64,000 nt of DNA. Source: Longimicrobiales bacterium. GTDB lineage: Bacteria; Gemmatimonadota; Gemmatimonadetes; Longimicrobiales; Gaopeijiaceae. Under the pieces are notes generated by a model. It was not told the DNA's origin. It made no database searches and was given only the letters and a program-made list of their open reading frames with translations. Below are positions 31,179 to 41,347 of the stretch, piece by piece (positions within the stretch are counted from its first letter, which is position 1; each line of letters opens with the position of its first letter). The DNA lies in contig CBDAON010000004.1 in NCBI GenBank assembly GCA_965198065.1, forward strand, positions 1,376,001-1,440,000, read 5' to 3'. The position numbers and the translations under genes were made by a program.

Positions 31179-31997
31179 CTATGCGAGAAGCTCGCCATAG
31201 AGCGGGTAGAACCTGTGGATCTCGCGGTAATCCGCGAGCTCTTCTTTGGATAGCTCAAACGCTGTCGGGCGCCAACTTGGATTCCCCGGCATGTGTTGGT
31301 CGAGCAACAAACGCTCTCGACGTGTCAGCCGTGGTACTCGAATCCGATACGGGTCCTGTTGAACACCGCGTCGAAGGTACCACGCCTCCGACCAGTCGCA
31401 ATCGTCTATCCGCCGTTCCAGATCATGGTCTCCGATCATCCCGCCCAAGGTAACCATCTCGTGTCCGTCGGCATAAACAAACTTTGAACAGGGGGAGGAA
31501 TCTGGCACCGCGAGCCGCAAGCCCCCGTAGCGATTGCATTCGCAATGATCTCTAGGTTCGTTGCTGGGTACCGAGACCCAATACACCACTCTATACTGAA
31601 ATCAAACGGCAGAAACGCGCCCGCTTCCTCCCGCACATACTCCGCGCGCACCTCGGGGGTCTCCGCGCCACGTGGCGGCTCCACGTCCACCGTCACCAGC
31701 ATTAATGAACCCAGGCTCAGGTGATTGGCCGCAGCGCTGGCGTCGAGGAGCATATCATTTGTCAGTCGGTCGTCATAATCGAGCCAGAGGAGATGGCGAA
31801 AGATTCGAATCGAGATCAGGTATGACATCGCCGATCGGTCCCATCCGTATCTGGTACTCGACGCTAAGAAACCGCCGCAAACCGATAAGTTTGTACAGTA
31901 GGATAAAGTCGAAAAAAAAAATAAATGGATCCAAGCCCTGTGTACTGATAGTCGCGGATCGGTATTCCACCATCGATGACTGAGCCAGTAATACCAA
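31179..31997 (-). pseudogene. Putative O-methyltransferase-like protein, multiply frameshifted, AT-richer
   Basis: Pieces GLGSIYFF/DFILLYKLIG, LLWLDYD, FVYADGHEMVTLGG, YRIRVPRLTRRERLLLD and YREIHRFYPLYGE lie in different frames. Confidence 0.55.
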
Positions 31998-32019
31998 TCA
32001 CTTAGAGTCGCTTTAGAGA

Positions 32020-32251
32020 GGCCGGGAGCGACCCCCTGGGGGTGGTGCGAGGTTTGTGAAAACCCGCACCGGCCCACGCCATTATTAGGGCGTTACGCGG
32101 TGGGGTCGCTCCCGCCACGGTCGGTGCCGCCCGTGCGGTGCTGACCGGCCTGAACGCGGAAGCGTAAGGTGCGACCGCGCCAGCGGATAACCAGGAGGCC
32201 CCGTGTGAATCGCTGCCGGGGCAAAGTGTGAATCGACCCCCGGCGTCGTTT
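32020..32251 (-). repeat. ~230-bp non-coding element, copy B
   Basis: Reverse complement aligns along its length with 28869-29099. Confidence 0.85.
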
Positions 32252-32369
32252 TCACATCCCGCGATCGGCACGGACCTTCATCGGTTGGCCTTCAAGACCA
32301 TCCTCCGGCGAGCCAGCTCGAGCCCACGTCGCGAAGCCGGCGATGATCTGTCGGGAGCTCGAGGTCAAG

Positions 32370-33656
32370 TGATCTACCCCCCTAAAACGAGACCGAGTCC
32401 AGTTTTAGAATCTGGACGGGGTCAAGACACGAAAGGGGAGGGCACAATGGCCGCACCAAAGAGGCTGAGTCCGGCACAGATCATCAACCGGCTACGCAAG
32501 GCGGAGGTGGCCCTGGCGAACGGCAATACGACCAAAGAGGTGTGGCGAGACCTGGGGGTGAGCGAGCAAACGTACTACCGATGGCGGCGGGAGTACGGGG
32601 GAATGAAGCTGAGCCAGGCGAAGCGTCTCAAGGAGCTCGAGGGAAGGAGAACCAACAGCTGAAGCGGGCGGTGGCAGAGCTGACGCTGGACAAGCTGATC
32701 TTGAAGGAAGCCTCCGAGGGAAACTTCTAAGCCCCGAGCGGCGCAGACGCTGCGTGGTGCAAGTACGCCAGCGGCTTGGGGTGAGTGAGCGCAAGGCGTG
32801 CCGGGTGTTGGGCCAGGCACGCTCGACGCAGCGTCGGATACCGAAGCGAAGCGAAGATGAGGAGGTGCTGAGAGAGGACGTGGTGAAGGTGGCTCGCAGG
32901 TTCGGGCGCTGCGGGTACCGGATGGTGACGGGGATGCTGAGGACGGAGGGCTGGGCCGTGAACCACAAGCGGGTGGAGCGGATCTGGAGACAGGAGGGGC
33001 TCAAGGTGCCAAGTAAGCAGCCGAAACGAGGGAAGGCTGTGGCTGACCGACGGTTCTTGTATCCGACTGCGGCCCCTGTACCGACACCATGTATGGGCGT
33101 ATGACTTCGTGGCGGACCGGACGCATGATGGACGGCCGCTCAAGATGCTGACGGTGCTGGATGAGTACAGCCGGGAGTGCCTGGCGATCGTGGTGACTCG
33201 CAGGCTTCAGGCGGACGATGTTCTGCAGACGCTGAGCGAGCTGTTTGCCGAGCACGGTCCACCGGCGAATCTTCGCTCCGACAACGGTCCGGAGTTCACG
33301 GCCCGAGTGGTTCGGCAGTGGCTCGGTGAGCTAGGCGTGAAGACGCTGTTCATCGAGCCGGGCAGCCCGTGGGAGAACGGCTACAATGAGAGCTTTAACG
33401 GCACGCTCCGAAACGAGCTGCTGAAGCGCGAAATCTTCCATTCGCTGGAGGAGGCGAAGGTGCTGATCGAGCAGTGGCGGCGCGAATACAACACGCATCG
33501 ACCGCACAGCTCTCTGGGTTATCGACCCCCGGCCCCCGAAGCGATCCGGCCAGACCCAAAGCTGCTCAACCTACCTCTGCTTCTTGGACCACCCCCCAGC
33601 CAAAAGGAGGTGCTTGGACTAACACTCTAGGTGGTACCGCTTTTGGGGGCAGGTCA
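32370..33656 (+). mobile_element. Full-length IS3-family element, copy 1 (1287 bp)
   Basis: TG...CA ends (tgatctacccccctaaaacg / ggtaccgcttttgggggcaggtca); orfA HTH from 32448; GGGAAAC slippery site near 32720; orfB DDE to 33630; extra frameshifts near 32642 and 33031. Confidence 0.95.
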
Positions 33657-33661
33657 CGTGG

Positions 33662-34010
33662 CTAAGGCCGTGGCCGACCCGCCATCGACTCGAACGTCAT
33701 CGGGATCGCGACCCAGACAGCCGTCGGCGCGCCCTGGTTCAGCGCGGGCGTGAACTGGAACGTTCGCGCGACCCGGAGGCCGGCATCGTCCAGTTGCGGG
33801 ATCCCCGAGCTGTTATTGACCAACACATTCTCCACCGCCCCCTGCTCGTCGATGTAGAACCAGAGGAGGACCGTACCCTCGATGCCGGCGTCCCGGAGTA
33901 GCGGGGGGTACTCCCTCTCCAGCGCGTCGCCGACCTCGGCCCGGTTCCGTAGCTCGGGCGCGACCTCGTAGGGCGTGAAGCCCGGCGCGGCCGAGGTGAC
34001 CGGCCCCCCT
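33662..34010 (-). pseudogene. TonB C-terminal domain lacking a proper N-terminal anchor
   Basis: FTPYEVAPELRNRAEVGDALEREYPPLLRDAGIEGTVLLWFYIDEQG...LDDAGLRVARTFQFTPA...VWVAIPMTF; paralogous to the C-terminus of 41348-43126. Confidence 0.8.
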
Positions 34011-34112
34011 TGATCCCGGAACGGCGGTATTGGGCTCGGCCAGCATCACGTTCGCTACAAAAGAGGCATCTCCTGACACTGTACTGTAAACCGATATGCT
34101 TCGGTCCCCACC

Positions 34113-34403
34113 TCAGGGTCCCGGGAAGCCCGTGGCCGGTGGCGGTGTTTCTTCGTTCGCTCTGGCCTCGGAAGGAGGAGGTGGACCACGGTTGTCCTTC
34201 TGAGACACTGACGGCGTTTCGATGGCCGCTGAGGCCGAAGGGTCCGCCGCCCTGCGGGCCTTCATCCAATCGGTCAGTGCCCACAGAACTTGCTTCGAAC
34301 CGGGAGCCCGTCGGAGGAGCACCCACCGCGCCAAGCGGGAGAGGGCCCCCCCAGTGAACAAGAAGACCAAGAGGAGCAGCACGAGCTCACCGATCCCAAG
34401 CAT
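34113..34403 (-). CDS. Small single-TM membrane protein (TatA-like N-terminus)
   Basis: GGAG RBS; MLGIGELVLLLLVFLF then amphipathic segment and Pro-rich tail. Confidence 0.45.
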   Translation of the reverse strand: MLGIGELVLLLLVFLFTGGALSRLARWVLLRRAPGSKQVLWALTDWMKARRAADPSASAAIETPSVSQKDNRGPPPPSEARANEETPPPATGFPGP

Positions 34404-34531
34404 TCCGAATCTCTCCGCTCATTTCGAGGAGGATTACAGAGCGCGGCGCCCATGTAACCTGTTTGCAGCTCACACACGGTACAAGACAGCGACGTCGCGT
34501 CCGCATGCGCTGCGGTCTTCGTCCAGAGCAC

Positions 34532-35818
34532 TGATCTACCCCCCTAAAACGAGACCGAGTCCAGTTTTAGAATCTGGACGGGGTCAAGACACGAAAGGGG
34601 AGGGCACAATGGCCGCACCAAAGAGGCTGAGTCCGGCACAGATCATCAACCGGCTACGCAAGGCGGAGGTGGCCCTGGCGAACGGCAATACGACCAAAGA
34701 GGTGTGGCGAGACCTGGGGGTGAGCGAGCAAACGTACTACCGATGGCGGCGGGAGTACGGGGGAATGAAGCTGAGCCAGGCGAAGCGTCTCAAGGAGCTC
34801 GAGGGAAGGAGAACCAACAGCTGAAGCGGGCGGTGGCAGAGCTGACGCTGGACAAGCTGATCTTGAAGGAAGCCTCCGAGGGAAACTACTGAGCCCCGAG
34901 TGGCGCAGACGCTGCGTGGTGCAAGTACGCCAGCGGCTTGGGGTGAGTGAGCGCAAGGCGTGCCGGGTGTTGGGCCAGGCACGCTCGACGCAGCGTCGGA
35001 TACCGAAGCGAAGCGAAGATGAGGAGGCGCTGAGAGAGGACGTGGTGAAGGTGGCTCGCAGGTTCGGGCGCTGCGGGTACCGGATGGTGACGGGGATGCT
35101 GAGGACGGAGGGCTGGGCCGTGAACCACAAGCGGGTGGAGCGGATCTGGAGACAGGAGGGGCTCAAGGTGCCAAGTAAGCAGCCGAAACGAGGGAAGGCT
35201 GTGGCTGACCGACGGTTCTTGTATCCGACTGCGGCCCCTGTACCGACACCATGTATGGGCGTATGACTTCGTGGCGGACCGGACGCATGATGGACGGCCG
35301 CTCAAGATGCTGACGGTGCTGGATGAGTACAGCCGGGAGTGCCTGGCGATCGTGGTGACTCGCAGGCTTCAGGCGGACGATGTTCTGCAGACGCTGAGCG
35401 AGCTGTTTGCCGAGCACGGTCCACCGGCGAATCTTCGCTCCGACAACGGTCCGGAGTTCACGGCCCGAGTGGTTCGGCAGTGGCTCGGTGAGCTAGGCGT
35501 GAAGACGCTGTTCATCGAGCCGGGCAGCCCGTGGGAGAACGGCTACAATGAGAGCTTTAACGGCACGCTCCGAAACGAGCTGCTGAAGCGCGAAATCTTC
35601 CATTCGCTGGAGGAGGCGAAGGTGCTGATCGAGCAGTGGCGGCGCGAATACAACACGCATCGACCGCACAGCTCTCTGGGTTATCGACCCCCGGCCCCCG
35701 AAGCGATCCGGCCAGACCCAAAGCTGCTCAACCTACCTCTGCTTCTTGGACCACCCCCCAGCCAAAAGGAGGTGCTTGGACTAACACTCTAGGTGGTACC
35801 GCTTTTGGGGGCAGGTCA
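34532..35818 (+). mobile_element. Full-length IS3-family element, copy 2 (direct repeat of copy 1)
   Basis: Nearly identical to 32370-33656; the few differences seen include aactactgag vs aacttctaag and gaggcgctg vs gaggtgctg. Confidence 0.95.
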
Positions 35819-35882
35819 CCCGAGCCCGCAGATCGGAGGGCGGGTTCTCCGACCAGGATCAAGAACGAGGTCCAACAAGACC

Positions 35883-36465
35883 ATGAACCGATCACGCGCG
35901 GTTTCGAATGTGATCCTAGCCGTAGTCTTGTTGGGGTGCGGTGGCACTCTGATCAGCCCAGACCCCGAGGACCAGCCCGACCCGGAGGTATCCCCTGGTC
36001 TGACAAATTTGCTTCGGTTCGATGGGTTGGACGACCGCGTGACCGTGCCATACGATGCGTCGTTCCCGACCGATGTGTTCACGATCGCGGCCGAGATCAA
36101 GCTGACGGCAGCGGCGAGGCGGGCGGCGGTCATCGCTCGCGGCGAGGACGACAACTCGTTCAATCTAAGCTGGCAGTTGTACGTGGCTCCCAGCGGGAAT
36201 CTCGAGATCATGCTCGAAGACTCGAGGGAGAACAACTTCTGCTACCCGCTCAACGACTGCGTACCGCGCGGCTCCTGCACGTTCGGTGATCTGTCGGTCG
36301 CGGACGACATCTGGCACCACGTCGCGGCTTCCCGGACAGCCGACGGCACACTGTCGCTCTACATCGATGGTGAGTCCCGGGCCACATGCACCGGCACAGG
36401 GGTCCCGTCATCGAACAACTTCCAGGTGATGAGCATCGGCTCCACGTTCGGAACCATCGGACCGC
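35883..36465 (+). pseudogene. LamG/concanavalin-like domain lipoprotein, 3'-truncated
   Basis: Lipobox LLGC, LRFDGLDDRV, FTIAAEIK, WHHVAASR..LSLYIDG. Homology ends at ..MSIGSTFGTIGP and the frame runs on into sucA out of frame. Confidence 0.7.
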
Positions 36466-36485
36466 CCCGGCGCGGCCCGGCGCCT

Positions 36486-36514
36486 TTGCCGCACCGATCG
36501 TCGGGGTCTATCGT
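36486..36514 (+). promoter_or_regulatory. Putative sigma70 promoter of sucA
   Basis: TTGCCG-17bp-TATCGT, 8 nt before the ATG. Confidence 0.5.
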
Positions 36515-36522
36515 AGGGACAA

Positions 36523-39483
36523 ATGCCCGAGTCGGTCGATTCGCTGCTCTCCGGTGTGAACGCCGGATTCGTCGCGGAGCTCTACGAGCGGTTCCTTCGG
36601 GACCCATCGTCCGTGCACGAAGGATGGCGGGCCCTCTTCGAGGACCTCCCCGACGACCTAGGGACCGGCGACGGGCGCACCGCCACAGGGACGCCACCGG
36701 CGGAACCCGATGGAGCAGCAGGGCCCGACGGGGCCTCTCCGGCAAAGCCCCGCTCCTCGAACGGCGGACCGCACCCGGGTGTCCCGGAGGCGCCGGCTGC
36801 CCCCGCGGACTCGACGGAAGCGATCCGGGCCGCCGCGTCCCGATCCGTCCGGGCCCGAATCCTCATTCGCTCCTACCGGATGCTGGGCCACCTCGAGGCC
36901 GACTTCGACCCCCTCCGGTTGAAGGAGCGCCAGCAACATCGCGACCTGGACTACCGCACGTACGGGTTCACGAGTGAGGACCTAGACACCCCGATCTTCC
37001 TCGACTCCCATCTCGGGCTCGCGGGGCGGGAAAGGGCGACGCTCCGCGAAATCCTGACGATCGTGCGCCAGGCGTACTGCTCGACGATCGGCGTCGAATA
37101 CATGCACATGCAGGAGGTCGAGGAGCGGGCGTGGATCCAGCGTCGCTTCGAGGAGGTGAACTGGCGCTCCCTGATGGGTCCAGAGCTGATGAAGGCGATC
37201 TATCGGGACCTCGCCTATGCGGAAGGGCTCGAGAGCTTTCTCCAGGTGAAGTTCACGGGCACCAAGCGGTTCGGCCTGGACGGCGGAGAGAGCACCATTC
37301 CCTGTATCGAGCAGCTCCTCGTCACGTCTTCCGCCTTGGGCGTCGAAGAGGTCGTGATCGGGATGCCGCACCGGGGACGGCTGAACGTGCTGGCCCGGAC
37401 GCTCGTGAAGCCGTGTGTCGCGATCTTCTCCGAGTTCCAGGCCGCGCCGCCGAGTCCCGAAGACGTTCACGGATCGGGGGACGTAAAGTACCACCTCGGC
37501 GCTTCGGCCGATCGGGACATCGGGGGGCGGCGCATGCACCTCACGCTCACCGCAAACCCCTCCCATCTCGAGGCCGTGAACCCGGTCGCGCTGGGGAAGG
37601 TCCGAGCCAAGCAGGCGTTACGTGGCGACGAAGCGCGGGAGAAGGTGATGGGCCTCCTCATTCACGGGGACGCTGCATTCGCGGGGCAGGGCATCGTTCC
37701 GGAGACCCTCGATCTCTCCCAGCTCCGCGGCTACAGAACGGGCGGAACGATCCACGTGATCGTGAACAACCAGATCGGCTTCACCACGAACCCAGTAGCC
37801 TCCCGCTCGACCCCCTACCCGACCGATATCGCGAAGGGGCTCCACGTCCCGATCTTCCACGTGAACGGCGACGATCCTGAGGCGGTCGCCCGGGTCGCCC
37901 ACCTGGCCGCGGAGTTCCGGCATTGCTTCAAGCGGGACGTCGTGATCGACGTGTTCTGCTACCGGCGGCATGGGCACAACGAGGCCGACGAGCCCAGTTT
38001 CACGCAGCCCCTCCTGTACCGGAAGATCTCGGGCCACCGGACGACCCGGGAGATCTATCGGGAGCGGTTAATTGGAGAGAGCGTGCTCACCGCGAAGGAG
38101 GCGGATGCGATCGACGCCGACTTCCGCGCCCATCTCGAAGCGGAGTTCGATGCGGCCGCGGACTACCGGCTGAAGGAGCTGGATTGGTTCGAAGGTCAGT
38201 GGGAGGGGCTTTCGCGTCTCGAGGGGGAGGAGGAGCGCCAGGACCACGACACGTCCGTGGATCTGTCGATTCTGAAGACCGTCGGCCGAGCCCTGGCGAG
38301 GATCCCGGACGACGTCCACGTGCACCCCAAGCTCGCTCGGGTGCTCGAAGCCCGCGGACAGACGGTGGAGGAGGGAGACGGAATCGATTGGGCGACCGCC
38401 GAGGCGCTGGCGTTCGGCACCCTCCTGATGGAGGGTACGCACGTCCGCCTCTCAGGCCAGGACTCGGGCCGGGGCACCTTCTCGCAACGCCACGCAGTCC
38501 TGGTCGACCAGGAGGACGAGCGCCGCTACTACCCCCTCTCGGAGATCGCCCCCGGAAAGCAGGCCGCCATCGAGGTCATGGACAGCCCGCTCTCCGAGTT
38601 CGGTGTGCTAGGGTTCGAGTACGGGTACTCGCTGGCGGACCCGCGTGCCCTGGTGGTGTGGGAGGCCCAGTTCGGAGATTTCGCCAATGGGGCTCAGGTC
38701 ATCTTCGACCAGTTCCTCTCCTCGGGCGAGTCCAAGTGGCTCCGGATGTCGGGCCTCGTCGTCCTTCTGCCCCATGGACACGAGGGGCAGGGGCCGGAGC
38801 ACTCCTCGGCCCGGCTCGAGCGCTGGCTCCAGGGATGCGCTCAGGACAACTGGCAGGTCGTGAGCTGCACGACCCCGGCGAACCTCTTCCACGTGCTTCG
38901 GCGCCAGGTCAGGAGGAACTACCGGAAACCGCTCGTCCTCATGGCACCCAAGTCGCTGCTCCGGCACAAGCTCGTGGTGTCCCGGCTCGGGGATCTGGGG
39001 CCGGGCACTCGCTTCCGCAGGGTCATGGGGGAAGTGGACGCCTTCGAAGACGACGCCACGGTCCGGCGCGCGGTCCTGTGCTCCGGCAAGGTGTACTTCG
39101 ACCTTCTGGAGCGCCGGCGGGAGCTCGAGCTGGGGGACGTGGCGCTCATCCGGGTGGAGCAGCTCTACCCCTGGCCGCGTGATGGAATCGCCCGGGAGCT
39201 CTCCCGCTATCCCCGCGCCGAGGTGGTATGGTGTCAGGAGGAACCGGCCAACATGGGGGCGTGGAATTTCGTGATGCGGCGCATCGAGTACATCCTGGAC
39301 GACGAGGCCGGGGGAAGTCGGCCATCCAAACGCCCCCTGTTCGTGGGTTTGCCGGCGTCCGCGTCTCCCGCGACCGGGCACTTGAGGGTTCACCGGATGG
39401 AGCAGGAGCTCCTCGTGGAGCAGGTGCTGACCTGGAAGTCGAAGGACCTTCAGCAGCCGTTCAAGCGCATCCCGGAGCCCTAG
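36523..39483 (+). CDS. sucA: 2-oxoglutarate dehydrogenase E1 component
   Basis: KRFGLDGGES, GMPHRGRLNVL, GDVKYHLG, NPSHLE, HGDAAFAGQG, LSGQDSGRGTFSQRH, WEAQFGDFANGAQ, GPEHSSARLER. Confidence 0.97.
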   Translation: MPESVDSLLSGVNAGFVAELYERFLRDPSSVHEGWRALFEDLPDDLGTGDGRTATGTPPAEPDGAAGPDGASPAKPRSSNGGPHPGVPEAPAAPADSTEAIRAAASRSVRARILIRSYRMLGHLEADFDPLRLKERQQHRDLDYRTYGFTSEDLDTPIFLDSHLGLAGRERATLREILTIVRQAYCSTIGVEYMHMQEVEERAWIQRRFEEVNWRSLMGPELMKAIYRDLAYAEGLESFLQVKFTGTKRFGLDGGESTIPCIEQLLVTSSALGVEEVVIGMPHRGRLNVLARTLVKPCVAIFSEFQAAPPSPEDVHGSGDVKYHLGASADRDIGGRRMHLTLTANPSHLEAVNPVALGKVRAKQALRGDEAREKVMGLLIHGDAAFAGQGIVPETLDLSQLRGYRTGGTIHVIVNNQIGFTTNPVASRSTPYPTDIAKGLHVPIFHVNGDDPEAVARVAHLAAEFRHCFKRDVVIDVFCYRRHGHNEADEPSFTQPLLYRKISGHRTTREIYRERLIGESVLTAKEADAIDADFRAHLEAEFDAAADYRLKELDWFEGQWEGLSRLEGEEERQDHDTSVDLSILKTVGRALARIPDDVHVHPKLARVLEARGQTVEEGDGIDWATAEALAFGTLLMEGTHVRLSGQDSGRGTFSQRHAVLVDQEDERRYYPLSEIAPGKQAAIEVMDSPLSEFGVLGFEYGYSLADPRALVVWEAQFGDFANGAQVIFDQFLSSGESKWLRMSGLVVLLPHGHEGQGPEHSSARLERWLQGCAQDNWQVVSCTTPANLFHVLRRQVRRNYRKPLVLMAPKSLLRHKLVVSRLGDLGPGTRFRRVMGEVDAFEDDATVRRAVLCSGKVYFDLLERRRELELGDVALIRVEQLYPWPRDGIARELSRYPRAEVVWCQEEPANMGAWNFVMRRIEYILDDEAGGSRPSKRPLFVGLPASASPATGHLRVHRMEQELLVEQVLTWKSKDLQQPFKRIPEP

Positions 39484-39950
39484 AGGCCCGAGCCGATTCG
39501 GTTCGCCTTCCGCTCCAGCTCCTCCGGACCGATCGCGCCGAGGTCCAGGGCGAGAAGCCGGTCGACCTTCTCCCGGAGGAGGTCGTGCGCTCGCTCGAAC
39601 GCCTCCGCCTCGCTCCCAGCTCCGACGGGGTCCGCGACACCCCAGTGAGCCTTCCTTCCCTCCCCGAGGGAGACCGGGCAGACGTCCCGTGCGTGGTCAC
39701 AGACGGTGATTACGAGATCCCAGGCGTCTCCGATGACCTCCTCCATCCCCTTGGAGCGGAGACCGTCGGAAGGGACCCCGTGACGGCGAAGCACCGCGAA
39801 CGCGCCCTGGTGCACCCGGCCGGTCGGGTCGGACCCCGCGCTCTCGGGCTCGACCCGGCCCACTCCCCGGTGCCGGAAGAGCGCCTCGGCAATCTGGCTT
39901 CTGGCAGAGTTGCCCGTGCAGAGGACAAGGACCCGAATGGGAAGCTTCAA
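39480..39950 (-). CDS. arsC: LMW-PTP-fold arsenate reductase family protein
   Basis: LCTGNSARSQIAE, SAGSDP, VITVCD..CP, HWGVADP. Confidence 0.85.
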   Translation of the reverse strand: MKLPIRVLVLCTGNSARSQIAEALFRHRGVGRVEPESAGSDPTGRVHQGAFAVLRRHGVPSDGLRSKGMEEVIGDAWDLVITVCDHARDVCPVSLGEGRKAHWGVADPVGAGSEAEAFERAHDLLREKVDRLLALDLGAIGPEELERKANRIGSGL

Positions 39951-39991
39951 GGGAAACTCTTCCTTGCCTGGCCGGACGCGTCCGATCTAGT

Positions 39992-40717
39992 GTGGGTCGG
40001 CGGTACCCCGAAGCATGGTCTCCACTCCCCGAGCTCGCCCGCCCCTTGCCGAGCCCCCCCCGCCGCCGCTTCCTCTTCGTTCTGGGGTTTCTGATCTATT
40101 TCGGGGCGCTCTGGTACGCGTGGGAGAGCTTCCTGGTGTATCCGCTCAAGGTGTTCGTGGTCTTCCTCCACGAGGTGAGCCACGGGATCGCGGCCGTGTT
40201 CACGGGCGGGTCGATCCAGCGAATCACCTTGAGCCCTCGACTCGGAGGCAGCTGCTACTGTCCGGGAGGAAACGCCTTCGTCACGCTCAGCGCGGGTTAT
40301 CTGGGAAGCCTCGGTTGGGGAGCCGCAATCCTCGAGGCGATCAAGCTTTCCGGGTCGAAGGTGGCGTGGGTGGTCCGATTGCTCGGAGCGGGCGTCGTCC
40401 TCTCGACCCTCCTCTTCGTTCGAGGAGCGTTCGGGTTCGCATTCGGCATTCTCTTCGGGATCGGTCTGATCCTCGCGGCCCGCCACCTCTCCACGACCGT
40501 GAACCGGATCATCCTCACAGGGCTCGGGCTGACCAGCTGCCTGTACGCGGTGCTGGACATCAAGTCCGACATCCTGGATCGCCCCGAGCTCCAATCGGAC
40601 GCCCGCATGCTAGCCGAGCTCACCGGCGTCCCCACACTGGCCTGGGGCATCCTCTGGATCACCGTCGCAGCCTCCGTCTCGGCGGTGCTGCTCCTTCGCG
40701 CCTATCGTTCGGCGTGA
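39992..40717 (+). CDS. M50(B)-family membrane metallopeptidase
   Basis: FLHEVSHG, AGYLG, SDA..LA..TGVP; multiple TMs. Confidence 0.85.
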   Translation: MGRRYPEAWSPLPELARPLPSPPRRRFLFVLGFLIYFGALWYAWESFLVYPLKVFVVFLHEVSHGIAAVFTGGSIQRITLSPRLGGSCYCPGGNAFVTLSAGYLGSLGWGAAILEAIKLSGSKVAWVVRLLGAGVVLSTLLFVRGAFGFAFGILFGIGLILAARHLSTTVNRIILTGLGLTSCLYAVLDIKSDILDRPELQSDARMLAELTGVPTLAWGILWITVAASVSAVLLLRAYRSA

Positions 40718-40909
40718 GCGGCTTGGGCTCCCCGCCTGGGCCGTCCGTGGACCGGTCCGCCGGCCGGCCGTGTGAGCCGTCCGCGAGCCGCCCGTCGGCC
40801 GTCCACCTTGCGCTCGAGCGCTCCCGAGCGGATCGTGCGCAAGTGTGGATGGAGGACCCAGGTCGATCCGGAATGAACCGCTGAAAGAGTGCGACGCTGA
40901 GGAGATCAT

Positions 40910-41296
40910 ATGAGCGACGAAGTGGTCTTCACCGTGCGGGAGCTGGACATGATGAGCGTCCTGTGGAAGCTAGGGTCGGGCACGGTTGCCGAGGTTCGTG
41001 AGCAGCTCCCCTTCCGGCCCGGTTACACATCGGTGCTCAAGTTCCTCCAGATTCTCGAGGAGAAGGGACACGTTCGGCACGAGCAGGAGGGTCGGGCCTA
41101 CCGGTACTTCCCGACCGTTGCGCAGGAGGACGCGGGTCGCACGGCGCTCGGAAGGATCGTGAACAAGATCTTCCACGGGTCCGCAGAGCTGACGCTTGCG
41201 CGTCTCGTCGAGGAGCGGACGATCCCGAAGGACGAGCTGCATCGGATGCTGAAGATTCTGGAGGAGCTGGCCGAGCAGGACCCCGAGGGTGAGTAA
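40910..41296 (+). CDS. BlaI/MecI/CopY transcriptional regulator
   Basis: RELDMMSVLW..GTVAEV, YTSV..LEEKG.V..EGRAYRY, FHGS. Confidence 0.92.
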   Translation: MSDEVVFTVRELDMMSVLWKLGSGTVAEVREQLPFRPGYTSVLKFLQILEEKGHVRHEQEGRAYRYFPTVAQEDAGRTALGRIVNKIFHGSAELTLARLVEERTIPKDELHRMLKILEELAEQDPEGE

Positions 41297-41347
41297 GCCG
41301 AGGCTTGACCCTCCGGTGTTGAGCCGGTCTTCCCAGAGCGATGTGAG

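Noticed and set aside
9000..34000. All island frameshifts being long-read sequencing errors
   Set aside because: Core genes (36.5-64 kb) and large island cargo genes are intact, so general decay is the better explanation; individual sites still need read checks.
35793..36977. 394-aa ORF as a real full-length protein
   Set aside because: It starts in the IS IR, and its C-terminal half is out-of-frame read-through over sucA.
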